Of a stretch of DNA of 31,806 nt, positions 10,961-24,448 are shown one piece after another. The notes beneath the pieces were generated by a model. The model did not search any database. It was not told the origin of the DNA and saw only the letters and a list, made by a program, of their open reading frames with translations. Made by a program: the position numbers and the translations under genes. The stretch comes from Octopus sinensis (lineage: Eukaryota), in contig NW_021829678.1 of assembly GCF_006345805.1 (NCBI RefSeq), positions 1-31,806 on the forward strand, read 5' to 3'. Numbering within the stretch: the stretch's first letter is position 1; each line of letters opens with the position of its first letter.

Positions 10961-11239
10961 CGTTGCCGAATTTATGACGTCCGACGACAAAGATTATGCG
11001 AATGAATTACTTGTTTGCGGAATAAATCTGTAAGTAATTAAGCAGACACATGTTTCGGTAACACAAATTCTCAGACTAGAAGCAGCGAAACACACCGTCC
11101 GTGACAAGGTTGCACCTCTTGAGTCATATCTACAAGCCATCAGTCGGCAATGGCATAAAGAAACAATGGCTGAAAAATTCAACCGTACGTCTAATTGCCA
11201 CTGGTGATTACATAATGCCACTGTCGCTGCTGCTTGTGG

Positions 11240-11307
11240 TATTATTATTATTATTATTGTTATTATTATTATTATTATTATTGTTATTATTATTATTATT
11301 ATTATTA

Positions 11308-11339
<32 letters not shown>

Positions 11340-11445
11340 GTTATTATTATTATTATTGTTGTTATTATTATTATTATTATTGTTATTATTATTATTATTA
11401 TTATTATTGTTATTATTATTATTATTATTATTGTTATTATTATTA

Positions 11446-11477
<32 letters not shown>

Positions 11478-11655
11478 GTTATTATTATTATTATTATTGT
11501 TATTATTATTATTATTATTGTTATTATTATTATTATTATTGTTGTTATTATTATTATTATTATTGTTATTATTATTATTATTATTGTTGTTATTATTATT
11601 ATTATTATTGTTATTATTATTATTATTATTGTTATTATTATTATTATTGTTATTA

Positions 11656-11698
<43 letters not shown>

Positions 11699-11713
11699 CA
11701 TTATTATTATTAT
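11240..11713. repeat. (ATT)n array with periodic GTT interruptions
   Basis: Directly visible. Confidence 0.95.
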
Positions 11714-11744
11714 GATACACACAACAGATTTGACTGTTCTTTAT

Positions 11745-12135
11745 TATTGTCTGACCTCAACGTGGATCACTGTCCATTGAGGTGCACCCATCTTCGAACC
11801 TGTTGTACCATTCCTTTATTTGTTTTTTTTTTCCCCATAGCATCATCTCCAAAGGCCTTTTGAATCTTCTCGATAGTCTGGGCTTGCGTACCACAAAATA
11901 TTGGCAGAATTTGATACAGTATCTTTTTGCTCAATGCGCTCGGCCATCTTGACTGAAAAAAATAAACTCGCACAATAGACTCTTCACGTCGACGAATGGG
12001 GCAACATACAAGCACGAAAGTTTTTGCGCATGCTCAGGAAGGACGTAGCCACCTAGTACTCATGCAGATTTTGCTCACGTATTATCATTTTGTGCAAAAA
12101 AGAATCAAGATCGGATACTTTTTGACAAAACCTCG
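11745..12135 (-). mobile_element. Mariner (Tc1/mariner) transposon 5' fragment
   Basis: TA|CGAGGTTTTGTCAAAAAGTATCCG terminus (TA at 12136-12137). ATG at 11947 leads, with frameshifts, into a mariner N-terminal HTH region (MAERIEQ..YCIKFCQ...TQAQTIEKIQKAFGDDAMG...IKEWYNRFEDG..SMDSDPR). Confidence 0.85.
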
Positions 12136-12137
12136 TA

Positions 12138-12207
12138 TATATATCTTTGTATGTACACACATACACAGACACACACACTCACACACACACAGACACACAA
12201 ACACACA

Positions 12208-12241
<34 letters not shown>

Positions 12242-12347
12242 ACACACTCACACACACAGACACACAAACACACACACAGACACACACACACACACACACA
12301 CACCACACACACACTCACACACACAGACACACAACACAACACACACA

Positions 12348-12385
<38 letters not shown>

Positions 12386-12546
12386 ACACAGACACACAAA
12401 CACACACACACAAACACACACACACACACACTCACACACACAGACACACACACTCACACACACAGACACACAAACAACACACACACACAAAACACACACA
12501 CACACACTCACACACACAGACACACACACTCACACACACAGACACA

Positions 12547-12591
<45 letters not shown>

Positions 12592-12600
12592 ACAAACACA

Positions 12601-12643
<43 letters not shown>

Positions 12644-12697
12644 ACACACACACAGACCCACACACACGTATATTTGTACAGCTATATATATATATAT
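12138..12697. repeat. (CA)n array with ~40-46-bp higher-order periodicity
   Basis: Recurring CACAGACACACACACTCACACACACAGACACACAAAC units. Confidence 0.9.
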
Positions 12698-12698
12698 A

Positions 12699-12860
12699 CG
12701 ATGTTTTACGAGGTGAGAGACCTTACTTACGGAAATAATTACATCATCAAACGTTCTAACTTCGACGGATCTCAATGGAAATACGCCATTTTCCCCCCAT
12801 TGAACAGACATGAGTAAAAGCTAACAACACTTTGACTGTTCTATGACCAACGAAGTGGAT
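12699..12860 (+). mobile_element. Possible second mariner-type terminus
   Basis: TA|CGATGTTTT and TA|CGAGGTG resemble the terminus at 12135 in opposite orientation; no transposase or partner TIR seen. Confidence 0.25.
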
Positions 12861-12877
12861 CTGAGGCGTGGGTCACG

Positions 12878-13151
12878 CTGCTGCTGCTGCTGCCGCTGCT
12901 GCCGCTGGTGTATCAGCAACAACAACAACTACTACTACTACTATTACTACTACTACTACTACTACTATTACTACTACTACTAGCAACAACAATAGAAGTA
13001 GTGTTAGTAGTAGTAGTAGTAATAGTAGTAATAGTAGTAGTAGTAGTAGTAGTATTAGAGGTAGTAGTAGCAGCAGCAGTAACTGCAGCGACGAAGTTGA
13101 TGATGATAATGAAGATAATGAAGATGACGGTGATGGTGGTGGTGGTGATGG

Positions 13152-13203
<52 letters not shown>

Positions 13204-13242
13204 GATGATGATGACGAAGACGATGACGATAATGATGATGAA

Positions 13243-13280
<38 letters not shown>

Positions 13281-13339
13281 CGGTAATGATGATGAAGATG
13301 ATGATGAAGATGATGATGATGATGATGATGATGATGAAT

Positions 13340-13379
<40 letters not shown>

Positions 13380-13549
13380 CGGTAATGATATGAGATGATG
13401 ATGAAGATGATGATGATGATGATGATGATGATGACGAAGACGATGACGATATGATGATGAATGATGATATGATGATGATATGATGAGATGACGGTAATAT
13501 GATGAAGATGATGATGAAGATGATGATGATGATGATGAATGATGATGAA

Positions 13550-13587
<38 letters not shown>

Positions 13588-13910
13588 CGGTAATGATGAT
13601 GAAGATGATGATGAAGATGATGATGATGATGATGATGATGATGAAGATGATGATGATGATGATGATGACGACGACGACGACGATGATGATGATGAAGAAG
13701 ATGAAGAAGAAGAAGAGGATGATGATGATGATGATGATGACGACGACGACGACGACGATGATGACGAAGATGATGACGAAGATGATGACGATGATGATGA
13801 TGAAGATGATGGTGACGATGATGTTAATGATGATGATGATGATAGTGACGATAATGATGGCGGTGATGTTGGTGGTGTAGATGACGATGATGATGATGAT
13901 GATGTTGAAA
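12878..13910. repeat. Compound trinucleotide array (GCT, CAA, CTA, AGT, long GAT)
   Basis: Directly visible; frame slips at 13385-13500. Confidence 0.92.
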
Positions 13911-14206
13911 GGGAGACGGCGGTGGCGGTGAATAGAACAGCTATTTGAGGAGGGAGGAGGGCTGTCATGTTTACGATAACGTTTTCATAAAGAACTTACG
14001 TGATTTTTACCAAAAAAAGAAAAGAAGAGGAAATTATAAAAAAAAAGGAAAAAAAAAAGATAAATGCAGCAATAAACAGTTGTTACAAAAAAAAAAAATT
14101 TGCAAGTTTAGTTCCATTAATTTAAGGTTGCTGCCACCGTTTAAACTAACGAAGGAGGTAAAAGAAAGAAAAAAAGAAAGAAAGAAAAAAAATAACAGAT
14201 AATATA

Positions 14207-14625
14207 GGCGCAGGAGTGGCTGTGTGGTAAGTAGCTTGCCTACCAACCACATGGTTCTGGGTTCAGTCCCACTACGTGGCATCTTGGGCAAATGTCTTCT
14301 GCTATAGCCTCGGGCCGACCAATGCCTTGTGAGTGGATTTGGTAGATGGAAACTGAAAGAAACCTGTCGTATAGATGTATATATATATATGTATGTATGT
14401 GTGTGTATATGTTTGTGTGTCTGTGTTTGTCCCTCTAGCATTGCTTGACAACCGATGCTGGTGTGTTTACGTCCCCGTCACTTAGCGGTTCGGCAAAAGA
14501 AACCGATAGAATAAGTACTGGGCTTACAAAGAATAAGTTCCGAGGTTGATTTGCTCGACTAAAGGCGGTGCTCCAGCATGGCCGCAGTCAATGACTGAAA
14601 CAAGTAAAAGAGTAAAAGAGAGAGT
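14207..14625 (+). mobile_element. SINE family A, full length and well preserved
   Basis: GGCGCAGGAGTGGCTGTGTGGTAAG head through ATGACTGAAACAAGTAAAAGAGTAAAAGAG tail; short internal microsatellite. Confidence 0.95.
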
Positions 14626-14999
14626 AATCATTCGTAATTGCAAGACAAATAAAATTCCGTGACTAAACCGGTGAAGGCTTGTGTCAAGCCGCACACAGCT
14701 ACAACCAAATAATACCATTCAAAGTTAGGGAGATTTGTTGATTTAATTTCACACTTGTTGCGCGTATTCGCCGCCATTGTTGCGATTTTAAAACGCTCGC
14801 AAATAGCGAAGCAAATCAAAACACTCTTATTTATTATGTCAACTGCTAAAATATTTAGCGATGGGCTTTCGACGACGACACGAAATCTTCTCTGCTGATG
14901 CGAATGCGTTTGTGATTTGTGATTGTTGATTGTTGATTGTTGATTGTTGATTGGTCTGTTTGGTCTGTTTCTTGGCTTTCGCACTCAATCAGTCACTCT

Positions 15000-15138
15000 C
15001 AATTTATCTTTCTGATACTCAGCCTCACTGTCTGCCTGTCTGTCTGTATGTCTGTCTATTGATCGATCTATCAATCTGTCTGTTTATGTATGCATGTATG
15101 TATGTACGTATGTATATATGTATGTATGTTTGTGCCTA

Positions 15139-15178
<40 letters not shown>

Positions 15179-15244
15179 GATAGATCTATCTGTCTATCTT
15201 TCTATCTATCTAGCTATCTATCTGTCTGTCTGTCTGTATATCTG

Positions 15245-15320
<76 letters not shown>

Positions 15321-16030
15321 CTTTCTCCTCTCTCTCTCACTATCTATCTATCTGCCTGCCTGCCTGCCTGTCTATCTGTCTGTCTTTCTGTCTGTCACTC
15401 TATATGTCTATCTTTCTGTTTTATTTAATCATTCATTCATTCCTTCTTTCCTTCCTTCCATGCATCCTTCTTTCTTTCTTACTTTCTTTCTTTCTTTCTT
15501 TCTTTCGTTCTCTCTTTCTTCCTTTTCTTCTCTTCTTCCTTCCCGTCCGCCTTTCTGCCTTTCCTTCCTTCCTTCCTTCCATGCATCCTTCTTTCTTTCT
15601 TTCTTTCTTTTTCCTTCTCTTTCTTCTTTCTTTCTTTTTCTTTCTTTCTTTCTTTCTTCTTACCTTTCTTCTTTTCCTTTTTTCTTCCCTTCTTGTCTTC
15701 CTTCTTTCCTTCCCGTCTTCCTCCCGTCCCCTTCCTTCTGCCTTCCTCCTTCCCTTCCTTCCATCCATTCCTTCCTTCTTCTTTCTTTCTTTCCTTCTTT
15801 CTTTCTTTCTCACTTCGCTTCTATCATTCATAATTGACATGCTTTTCCCTCTTCACTCTCCGTCTCCGTCTCTCTCTCTCTCTCTCTATCTATACATTAA
15901 TGCGTCGTATGTGTGTGTGTGTGTGTGTGTGTATATATAAAGTTATATATAGACGTACATACATACGCATATATATAGTATGTAGTATATATATATATAA
16001 TATATATATATATGTGTATATATATATGTA

Positions 16031-16069
<39 letters not shown>

Positions 16070-16488
16070 TGTATATAGTATATATATATATGTATATATA
16101 TATAGACGCGTACGTATAGGAACACATCGCGCGCGCGCACACACACAGCACACAAACATACACACGAACACACATGTGTACGTATATGTATATATGTGTG
16201 CATATATATATATATACCTCTAAATATACAACTATATATATATATATACATATATATAAACGCATATGTATATGTGCAAATATACATATATATACGTACG
16301 CGCACACATACATATATATATACGTACGTATATGTATATATGTATACACACATGTATGCATATATAAATATTTGTGAATATTTGTGTGTCTTGATATATG
16401 TAAGTGAATATATAGGTTTATATATTGTTGTAGTGCACCTGAGCACTGTACCCAATGTTTTATTATTATTATTATTATTATATTATTA

Positions 16489-16521
<33 letters not shown>

Positions 16522-16639
16522 CTCTCTATCTCTCTCCCTCTCTCTCCCTCTGTATCTATCAAACTATCTGTTTGTCTCCCTTGCTCACTTTCCTCTCTCT
16601 CATTCCCTTCTCTGTTTCTCTCTCTCTCTCTCTCCCTCT

Positions 16640-16683
<44 letters not shown>

Positions 16684-16700
16684 TACATACATACATATAT
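15000..16700. repeat. Compound microsatellite block (TCTG, TATG, TCTA, TTTC/TTCC, CT, TG, TA, ATT)
   Basis: Directly visible. Confidence 0.9.
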
Positions 16701-17499
16701 ATGCATATAAAGATGCACATATACCCCTACATACGTGGACATACCCTCAAAACGCATCTACCGACACAGTTACCCCCTTCCTCTCACTTTCGCTCACTGA
16801 TACATACGCACACATACACACACACATCTATATATACACTCACCACTATACAACATTATACACAACATTACATAACCTAACGCACAATTACAACACATTC
16901 GTCTCTCTCTCCTCCATAATGTTGTTTACACAGAAAGAAGCCATCAAAGTAGAAATAAGATACTTACTCGGCGCTAAATACTGGCCAAAATATATTATGG
17001 ATGTGTGACTATGGAAAAGGCTTCCTACTCACATAAAACACACAGTTATCAGATTTACGTAATGGAGGTTACATTGTTTCACGTCAAGCAGTAAAATTTA
17101 CTTCGCCTCTAGTCTTTCATACTTCCCCACTCCAGATATTTAAATCTGAACTGTAAGAATAATGTAAAATAAATTCACAACAAATAAACTATCGAATAAG
17201 ATAAACTATAAGAATAAAGTAAAATGAATTCACATCAAATGAAACAATAAAGCAACAGAAATATACTGTAATGTAAAATATAGGCATAGGAACGTGTACT
17301 ATGGTATAAAATAGATATATAAAGCGATGTATGTAGTATTCTATTGTTCTAAAACCCACATCGTCAATCGAATTTCATCTGCTTTACTACAATATTTAAC
17401 AACCATAGATGAAGCCTCTACAAGACCTGTTAGGAGTAACATCCAAATCGCCTAAAATAACATGCTAATGTAATATGAAAGAAGGACACATGTTTTCTG

Positions 17500-17800
<301 letters not shown>

Positions 17801-18134
17801 CTGCTCTATGCTGCTTTGCTGTAATATTTGGCACGCAGAAGGGAGCAAATGGGAAGCGGGAGTACCTCGTGGGTCGCCAACATGTCCTTCTTCTTCACAC
17901 TGTCTCATCTGGAATCGATATTTTCAGAATTTAGAATTTACAAACCCAAACCGCCTCGCAAAAGTTTTGTTTGCTGAACTTGTCTAAACCGTCCTCTGAG
18001 ATTTCAAGAATGGTGCTTAGTGTATATAATTACTGTATTGCTCTGCAGATCGTCCTTCTGGGAAAACAGAAAGAAAAAAAAACAAATGTTTATAATCAAT
18101 GTAATGTAGTCTCTGCCAACTCCTAGATAATCTA

Positions 18135-18135
18135 A

Positions 18136-18176
<41 letters not shown>

Positions 18177-18570
18177 CCACTATCATCATCATCATCATCA
18201 TTATCATCATCCTCCTCCTCCTCCTCCTCCTCCTCATCATCATCATCATCAACATCATCATCATTATCATTTTCATTATGATTCTCATCATCTTCATCAC
18301 TAACATTATTATCACTATTATCATCATATCATTTTCTTTATGATTCTCATCATCATCATTCATCATCATCATCATCATCATCAACATCATCATCATGAAC
18401 ATCATCATCATCGTCATCTTGATCATTATTACCATCATCACTACCATCCTCCTCGTCCTACGCCTCGTCATCCTTCTCCTCCTCTCCTTCTTCTTCTCCT
18501 CCTCCTTCTCTTCCTTCTCTTCCTCCTCCTCCTCCTCCTACTCCGCCTCCTCCACATCATCATTATCAAC
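18135..18570. repeat. (CAT)n/(CCT)n trinucleotide arrays
   Basis: Directly visible. Confidence 0.9.
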
Positions 18571-18605
18571 GAAGCACGGACTACGCCGTTCTTGTAGTTA
18601 TCCGT

Positions 18606-18818
18606 TTACTTGTTTCAGTCATTTGGCTGCGACCATGCTGCAGCACCGCCTTTACTCGAATAAATTGACCCCTAGGACTAATTTTTTTATAAGCCTGGTA
18701 CTTATTCTATCGGTCTCAGTTACTGAACCGCTAAGTTACAGAGACACAAGCACACCAGCATCGGTGTCAAGAGATGGTGGGTGCGACAAACACACAAATA
18801 CACACACACACGACACAC

Positions 18819-18882
<64 letters not shown>

Positions 18883-19017
18883 CAGATTTCATTCAGTTTC
18901 CCTCTATCGAATCCACTCACAAGGTTCTAATCGGCCTGGGGCTATAGTAGGAAACACCCAAGGTGCCACACTTGGTTTGGGAAGCCAGCACCTTACCATA
19001 CAGCCACTCCTGCGCCT
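18606..19017 (-). mobile_element. SINE family A, diverged, with deletion in the head
   Basis: TTACTTGTTTCAGTCATTTG tail to CAGCCACTCCTGCGCC head on + strand; the GGGACTGAACCCGG B-box segment is missing. Confidence 0.9.
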
Positions 19018-19340
19018 ATTAGATAAGATTTGGGTTTGTCAAGTTAAATTAGAATAATGTAGAGAAGAATCAACAAGCGAATAGCGACTAATGTTTTCTC
19101 TTATATATAAGTGCTTATTGAATATATTCTAATCTTTGGAATAATACTGGCAATAAGATGAACGCGATCATTAGTGTTAATGACATATAACGTCATGGAA
19201 TTCAGGGGAGAGAACTCCTTAATTTATGTTGATTATTACTTTTACATTATGGATATTCGTTGGGTTCTTAATGAATGGGTTTTCAGTGGCATTAAAAGTG
19301 ATTAGCAACGTTTTTTGTAATAAATATATTTTAGATTTAA

Positions 19341-19744
<404 letters not shown>

Positions 19745-20339
19745 TCACACTCCAAGGGTTCTAGGATTTCGTCAGTAATCAACGAAGTTAAGATCTAGAG
19801 GTGTAAGAAAGAAAAAGGAATAGGTAAAAAAAACACAGGAGAAAAACAGGTAATTAATGTACTAAGCCGCAAATATTACGAGTATATGACTCCTTATCAA
19901 GAAAAAGAATAAAGAAAATGACAATGAAGTGGAAACTGAGATATACTGATTTTTAACGCTGCCAAAGATTATCATTGCTTAAATATGTACATTTGTCAAT
20001 GAAATCGATGCAAAACAAAACCATGCAAATAACTAATTAACAGATAGCAGCAGCAGCAACAACAACATCAGTAACGAGAGATGTTTGAACGCAATTAGAT
20101 AGAGGAAGTTAAGTCATCGCTATCAATCTGCTGTGACAATCGGTTCATTCATGCATAAAGTAATAAAGTCCGCCATGATAAGATATTTATAAAATACTGA
20201 TTACGTTTAAAAATTTGCCATCTGTTTCCAGAAAAATCTAATATATTATCCATGCAATAATTAGGATACACTTCCTGGAATTTCTCTCATCTCATCAGCT
20301 CCATATCTTTGTTGCCCATTCACTAATCGTTTGCGGACA

Positions 20340-20342
20340 CAT

Positions 20343-20375
<33 letters not shown>

Positions 20376-21186
20376 AATATATTATATATATATATATATA
20401 TATATACATAGAAGTAAATATATGGCACAACGAAGTACCGATATTTACTGGAATTTACTTCTATGTATAATTTTCTCTCACGCTATTCTTTACTAATTTT
20501 ATATATATATATATATTATTATATATATATATATATATATGCATATATATATATATATATATATATGCATATATATATGTATATATATATATATGATATA
20601 TATATATATGTATATATATGTATGCATATACATATGTGTATATATATATATTATATATTATATATATATATACATATATATATATCTATGTATATATGTT
20701 TGTATGTATGTATGTTTGTATGTATGTATGTATATCAAATGTCATTTAGTATCACATTAACTATCATTTGTCTTTAATAATGTAAGAACGAATATTTTTC
20801 TCAACGAGAATCCCAATTACAAAGTTGTTAAACATGCGTAACCTTGTAAAATAGAAATTTCTTTATCTTGCTTCAAGCGCTGGCATAGCTGTATGTGTAT
20901 GTGTGTGTGTGTGAGTGAGTGGGTGTTTTAGTGAATGAGTAATTGATTGAGAGAAAGATATATATATATATATATATATATAATTATATATATTATATAT
21001 ATATATATCTATATATAGATAGATAGACAGATAGATAGATAGAGAGGGAGAGAGAATAAGAAATCCGATTTGGAGTTATATGTCTTCGTCTTCTTTTCCA
21101 AAGTGTAGTAACAATAGTCTCGTGTTGAAATATATCAATATACCTTCTAAGAGGAATTTGGTGGGGAAAATCTGAACGGAAGCCTG

Positions 21187-21257
<71 letters not shown>

Positions 21258-21445
21258 GTTAATTGCATCAAGAAGACCCAAAGGTGTCAGGTAATACTGA
21301 GTAGTGCTATGGACAGACTATAGTTAAGATCCATGTTCGGTGATTATGCGAATAAGGAGCCCAACGTAGATCAAACATCAGCATGCGTATATATGTATAC
21401 TTGAATATATATACTGGAATTTACTTGAATCTTAATTGCTTTGAT

Positions 21446-21495
<50 letters not shown>

Positions 21496-21496
21496 T
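20340..21496. repeat. Cluster of (TA)n/(TATG)n/(GATA)n/(CT)n tracts separated by short unique cassettes
   Basis: Directly visible. Confidence 0.85.
20403..20469. repeat. 17-bp perfect inverted repeat between two (TA)n tracts
   Basis: TATACATAGAAGTAAAT (20403-20419) pairs with ATTTACTTCTATGTATA (20453-20469); 33-nt spacer. Confidence 0.9.
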
Positions 21497-21533
21497 ATCT
21501 AGAATAACTATTGCTTAACCATTTTCTCACACT

Positions 21534-21581
21534 GTCTCCGATGAAGGGATATATAAAATATCCCGGAAACAGCTGTAAGGC
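21534..21581 (+). ncRNA. Minimal type I hammerhead ribozyme candidate (U4C variant)
   Basis: GTCT / CCGATGA / A-GGGATAT-ATAAA-ATATCCC-G / GAAA-C-AGCT-G-T-A / AGGC. Stem II 7 bp, stem III ACAGCTGT self-complementary, GUA triplet, 4-bp stem I with one G-U pair. Confidence 0.7.
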
Positions 21582-22013
21582 CTCTTTATAAATGTCGCTA
21601 TGGTCAGGGTAATGAACACCTTCTCAAAGGACATGTTTAGATACGCCTTGAGGGGCCCCGTCCTAGAGCTGGCGCATTGCCTAAGGGAAGTGTAAGACAG
21701 GTCTGGGAGGAGGGGCTTTGAGTATAGTATTTATATATATTATATGTAATTATTGAACTATGTTGTTGTTTGTAATGGACTGTTAAGTCCCAAAATTGAA
21801 AAGTTGTAAAAGTTGTAAGAGGTTTGATACCTCATTTTGGGTTTGGTTTTAAAGAACAATGTTTTAGAGAAGCAGAAGTCGGCGGGCGCTTTTTGTCTTC
21901 TCCCATCCTTATCATCTTTCTTTCATTATCATTCATTTCATTAATGTCCTTGTCCCGCCCGCAAAGCTACTTTACTCCATGTACTGCCTTTATGGCAAAT
22001 GTAATGAAATAAA

Positions 22014-22315
22014 GAAGCTCGCTTTCCAGCCAAATGGTTCCGGGTTCAGTCCCAGTGCATGGCACTTTGGGCAAGTGCCTTCTACTATATCCTTGGGCCG
22101 ACCAAAGCCTTGTGAGTGGATTTGGTAGACGGAAACTGAAAGAAGCCTCGTGATGGTGTGTTTACGTTCCTGTAACTTAGCGGTTCGACAAAACAGACCA
22201 ATAGGATAAGTACCACGCTCACAAAGAATATGTCCTGGGATCGATTCCTTCGACTAAAGGCGGTGCTCCGACATGGCCGCAGTCAAATGACTGAAACAAT
22301 TAAAAGAGTTAAAGA
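22014..22315 (+). mobile_element. SINE family A lacking the central microsatellite segment
   Basis: GAAAGAAGCC joined via TCGTGA to TGGTGTGTTTACG; 5' few bases missing; tail intact. Confidence 0.9.
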
Positions 22316-22579
22316 AAGACACCATTATTTTTAAAGTTTTACTACTAGAAACAAAATAATGCATTTATGTCAATAGATGTATTTAAATAATTAAATGCAT
22401 CTAATGCTTAATTCGGTGTTTGATTGACAAGCCCTGTGAACCGTAGATGAAGTTTGTTGCACAGTGTAGTGTCTGCCACAACTTATTTCTTGTAATTGGT
22501 GTATAAGATCTCTCTATTTGCATTTGAATGTCTGTGTCTGTGAATCTATATGTTCGTATATCTGTGTACTTTTTGGTAT

Positions 22580-22960
22580 ACTCTTTTACTTGTTTCAGTC
22601 ATTTGACTGCGGCCATGCTGGAGCACCGCCTTTAATCGAGCAACTCGACCCCGGGACTTATTCTTTTTGTAAACCCAGCACTTATTCTATCGGTCTCTTT
22701 TGCCGAACCGCTAGGTGACGGGGACGTAAACACACCAGCATCGGTTGTCAAGCAATGCTAGGGGGACAAACACACACACACGCATATATATATATACATA
22801 TATACGACGGGCTTCTTTTCAGTTTCCGTCTACCAAATCCACTCACAAGGCTTTGGTCGGCCCGGGGCTATAGCAGAAGACACTTGCCCAAGATGCCACG
22901 CAGTGGGACTGAACCCGGAACCATGTGGTTGGTAAAAAGCTACTTACCACGCAGCCACTC
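22580..22960 (-). mobile_element. SINE family A, well preserved
   Basis: Near-consensus reverse complement of 14207-14625. Confidence 0.95.
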
Positions 22961-23574
22961 AAAAAATCATAAACCTCAAAGATAAGGCAGAACAAAGTAC
23001 AAAATGTCCCAAGAGGCCTTACTTTAGCCAACCCCGTTATAAACAGAAATTTTAATATTTAAAACTGGAAATTGAATGAATTGGTCCAGACAAAAAAACA
23101 AAAAACAAAAGCCCAAAACAAACAAAAAATTACAAATAGCGTTCTAAAGCTACCACTCTAAAGTTGAGAGATGAAGTAGAATCAGTAATGTAAATTTAAA
23201 AAATTAGTTTTCTAATTTGTATATACTTATTATAAATGCAAAACAACCCCACAGAGGAATCAACGTAAGATTAAATAATAAACCACGACAGGTAGACCGC
23301 AAATATGGCGAAGGTGAGTGTGTTGCCCTGAAACAATTACTACGGAATAACAACACCAGGTCTAAGAAAGTACTTACAACCAAGGGAAAACTGATTAGGG
23401 TAATAAAGGGAAGACGGAAGCGAAAACGTGTATTATTTCTAGTAAGGGTAACATGCCGAGGAAAATGTGAAAGAGAAACACATTTCGTGGCCTAATATTC
23501 GACGGAGAGGTAATAAACGAGAGTGGTGAGGAACAAGGGTTCGAAATCTCTGGTATACGCACACAAACATACAG

Positions 23575-23585
23575 ACTTATATTAT

Positions 23586-23633
<48 letters not shown>

Positions 23634-23853
23634 ATGTATATATATATATATATATATCAACTATACATGAACTCTAAGATGTCTGACTCCGTTGTGTATT
23701 ATAAATGAATTTCTTGTGTTTGACGGCATGAGCTGTCTTTTTTTATATATAACTTTTTTTGATAAGGTTCATTTCAGCAACTGAAACAGTTATAATGTAT
23801 ATATAACAATTAAAAATTGTATAATATAGCAGCATTTTCGAACTTCATTTTTT

Positions 23854-23935
<82 letters not shown>

Positions 23936-24009
23936 TACATACATATATACATATAAATATACATATGTATATCTATGCTATATATGTACACATACGTACT
24001 TATGTCTAT

Positions 24010-24067
<58 letters not shown>

Positions 24068-24070
24068 GTG

Positions 24071-24116
<46 letters not shown>

Positions 24117-24212
24117 ATATACATATGTATATATATACATATATATGCATATATATGTACATATACGTAGTTATGTCTACATACATACATACATACACAC
24201 ACATACATACAT

Positions 24213-24258
<46 letters not shown>

Positions 24259-24448
24259 ATATATATATATATATACCGGAGTACACACATAAATGTGAAA
24301 CAAGGTGGAAAAAAGAGTACTCAAATACCAGGGGTAGAGTAATATGCTTCATTTAAAAGCAGCAGAAATTCAACAAAACATGTTACTCGGAGTTTCACGT
24401 TCCCGCCGAGTAACAGGTTTTGCTGAATTTCTGCTGCTTTTAAATAAA

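Noticed and set aside
10800-12700. CRISPR-like regular repeats
   Set aside because: Units are contiguous simple repeats with no unique spacers, and the context is eukaryotic.
17866-17908. Possible 43-nt minus-strand exon (TTCCAG|ATGAGACAG...CGAG|GTACTC)
   Set aside because: Weak donor and polypyrimidine tract, unrecognised peptide, and no partner exons.
20263-20300. Minus-strand CTGATGA-gatgaga-GAAA hammerhead-like string
   Set aside because: No stem II pairing, no U16.1-H17 in register and no stem I.
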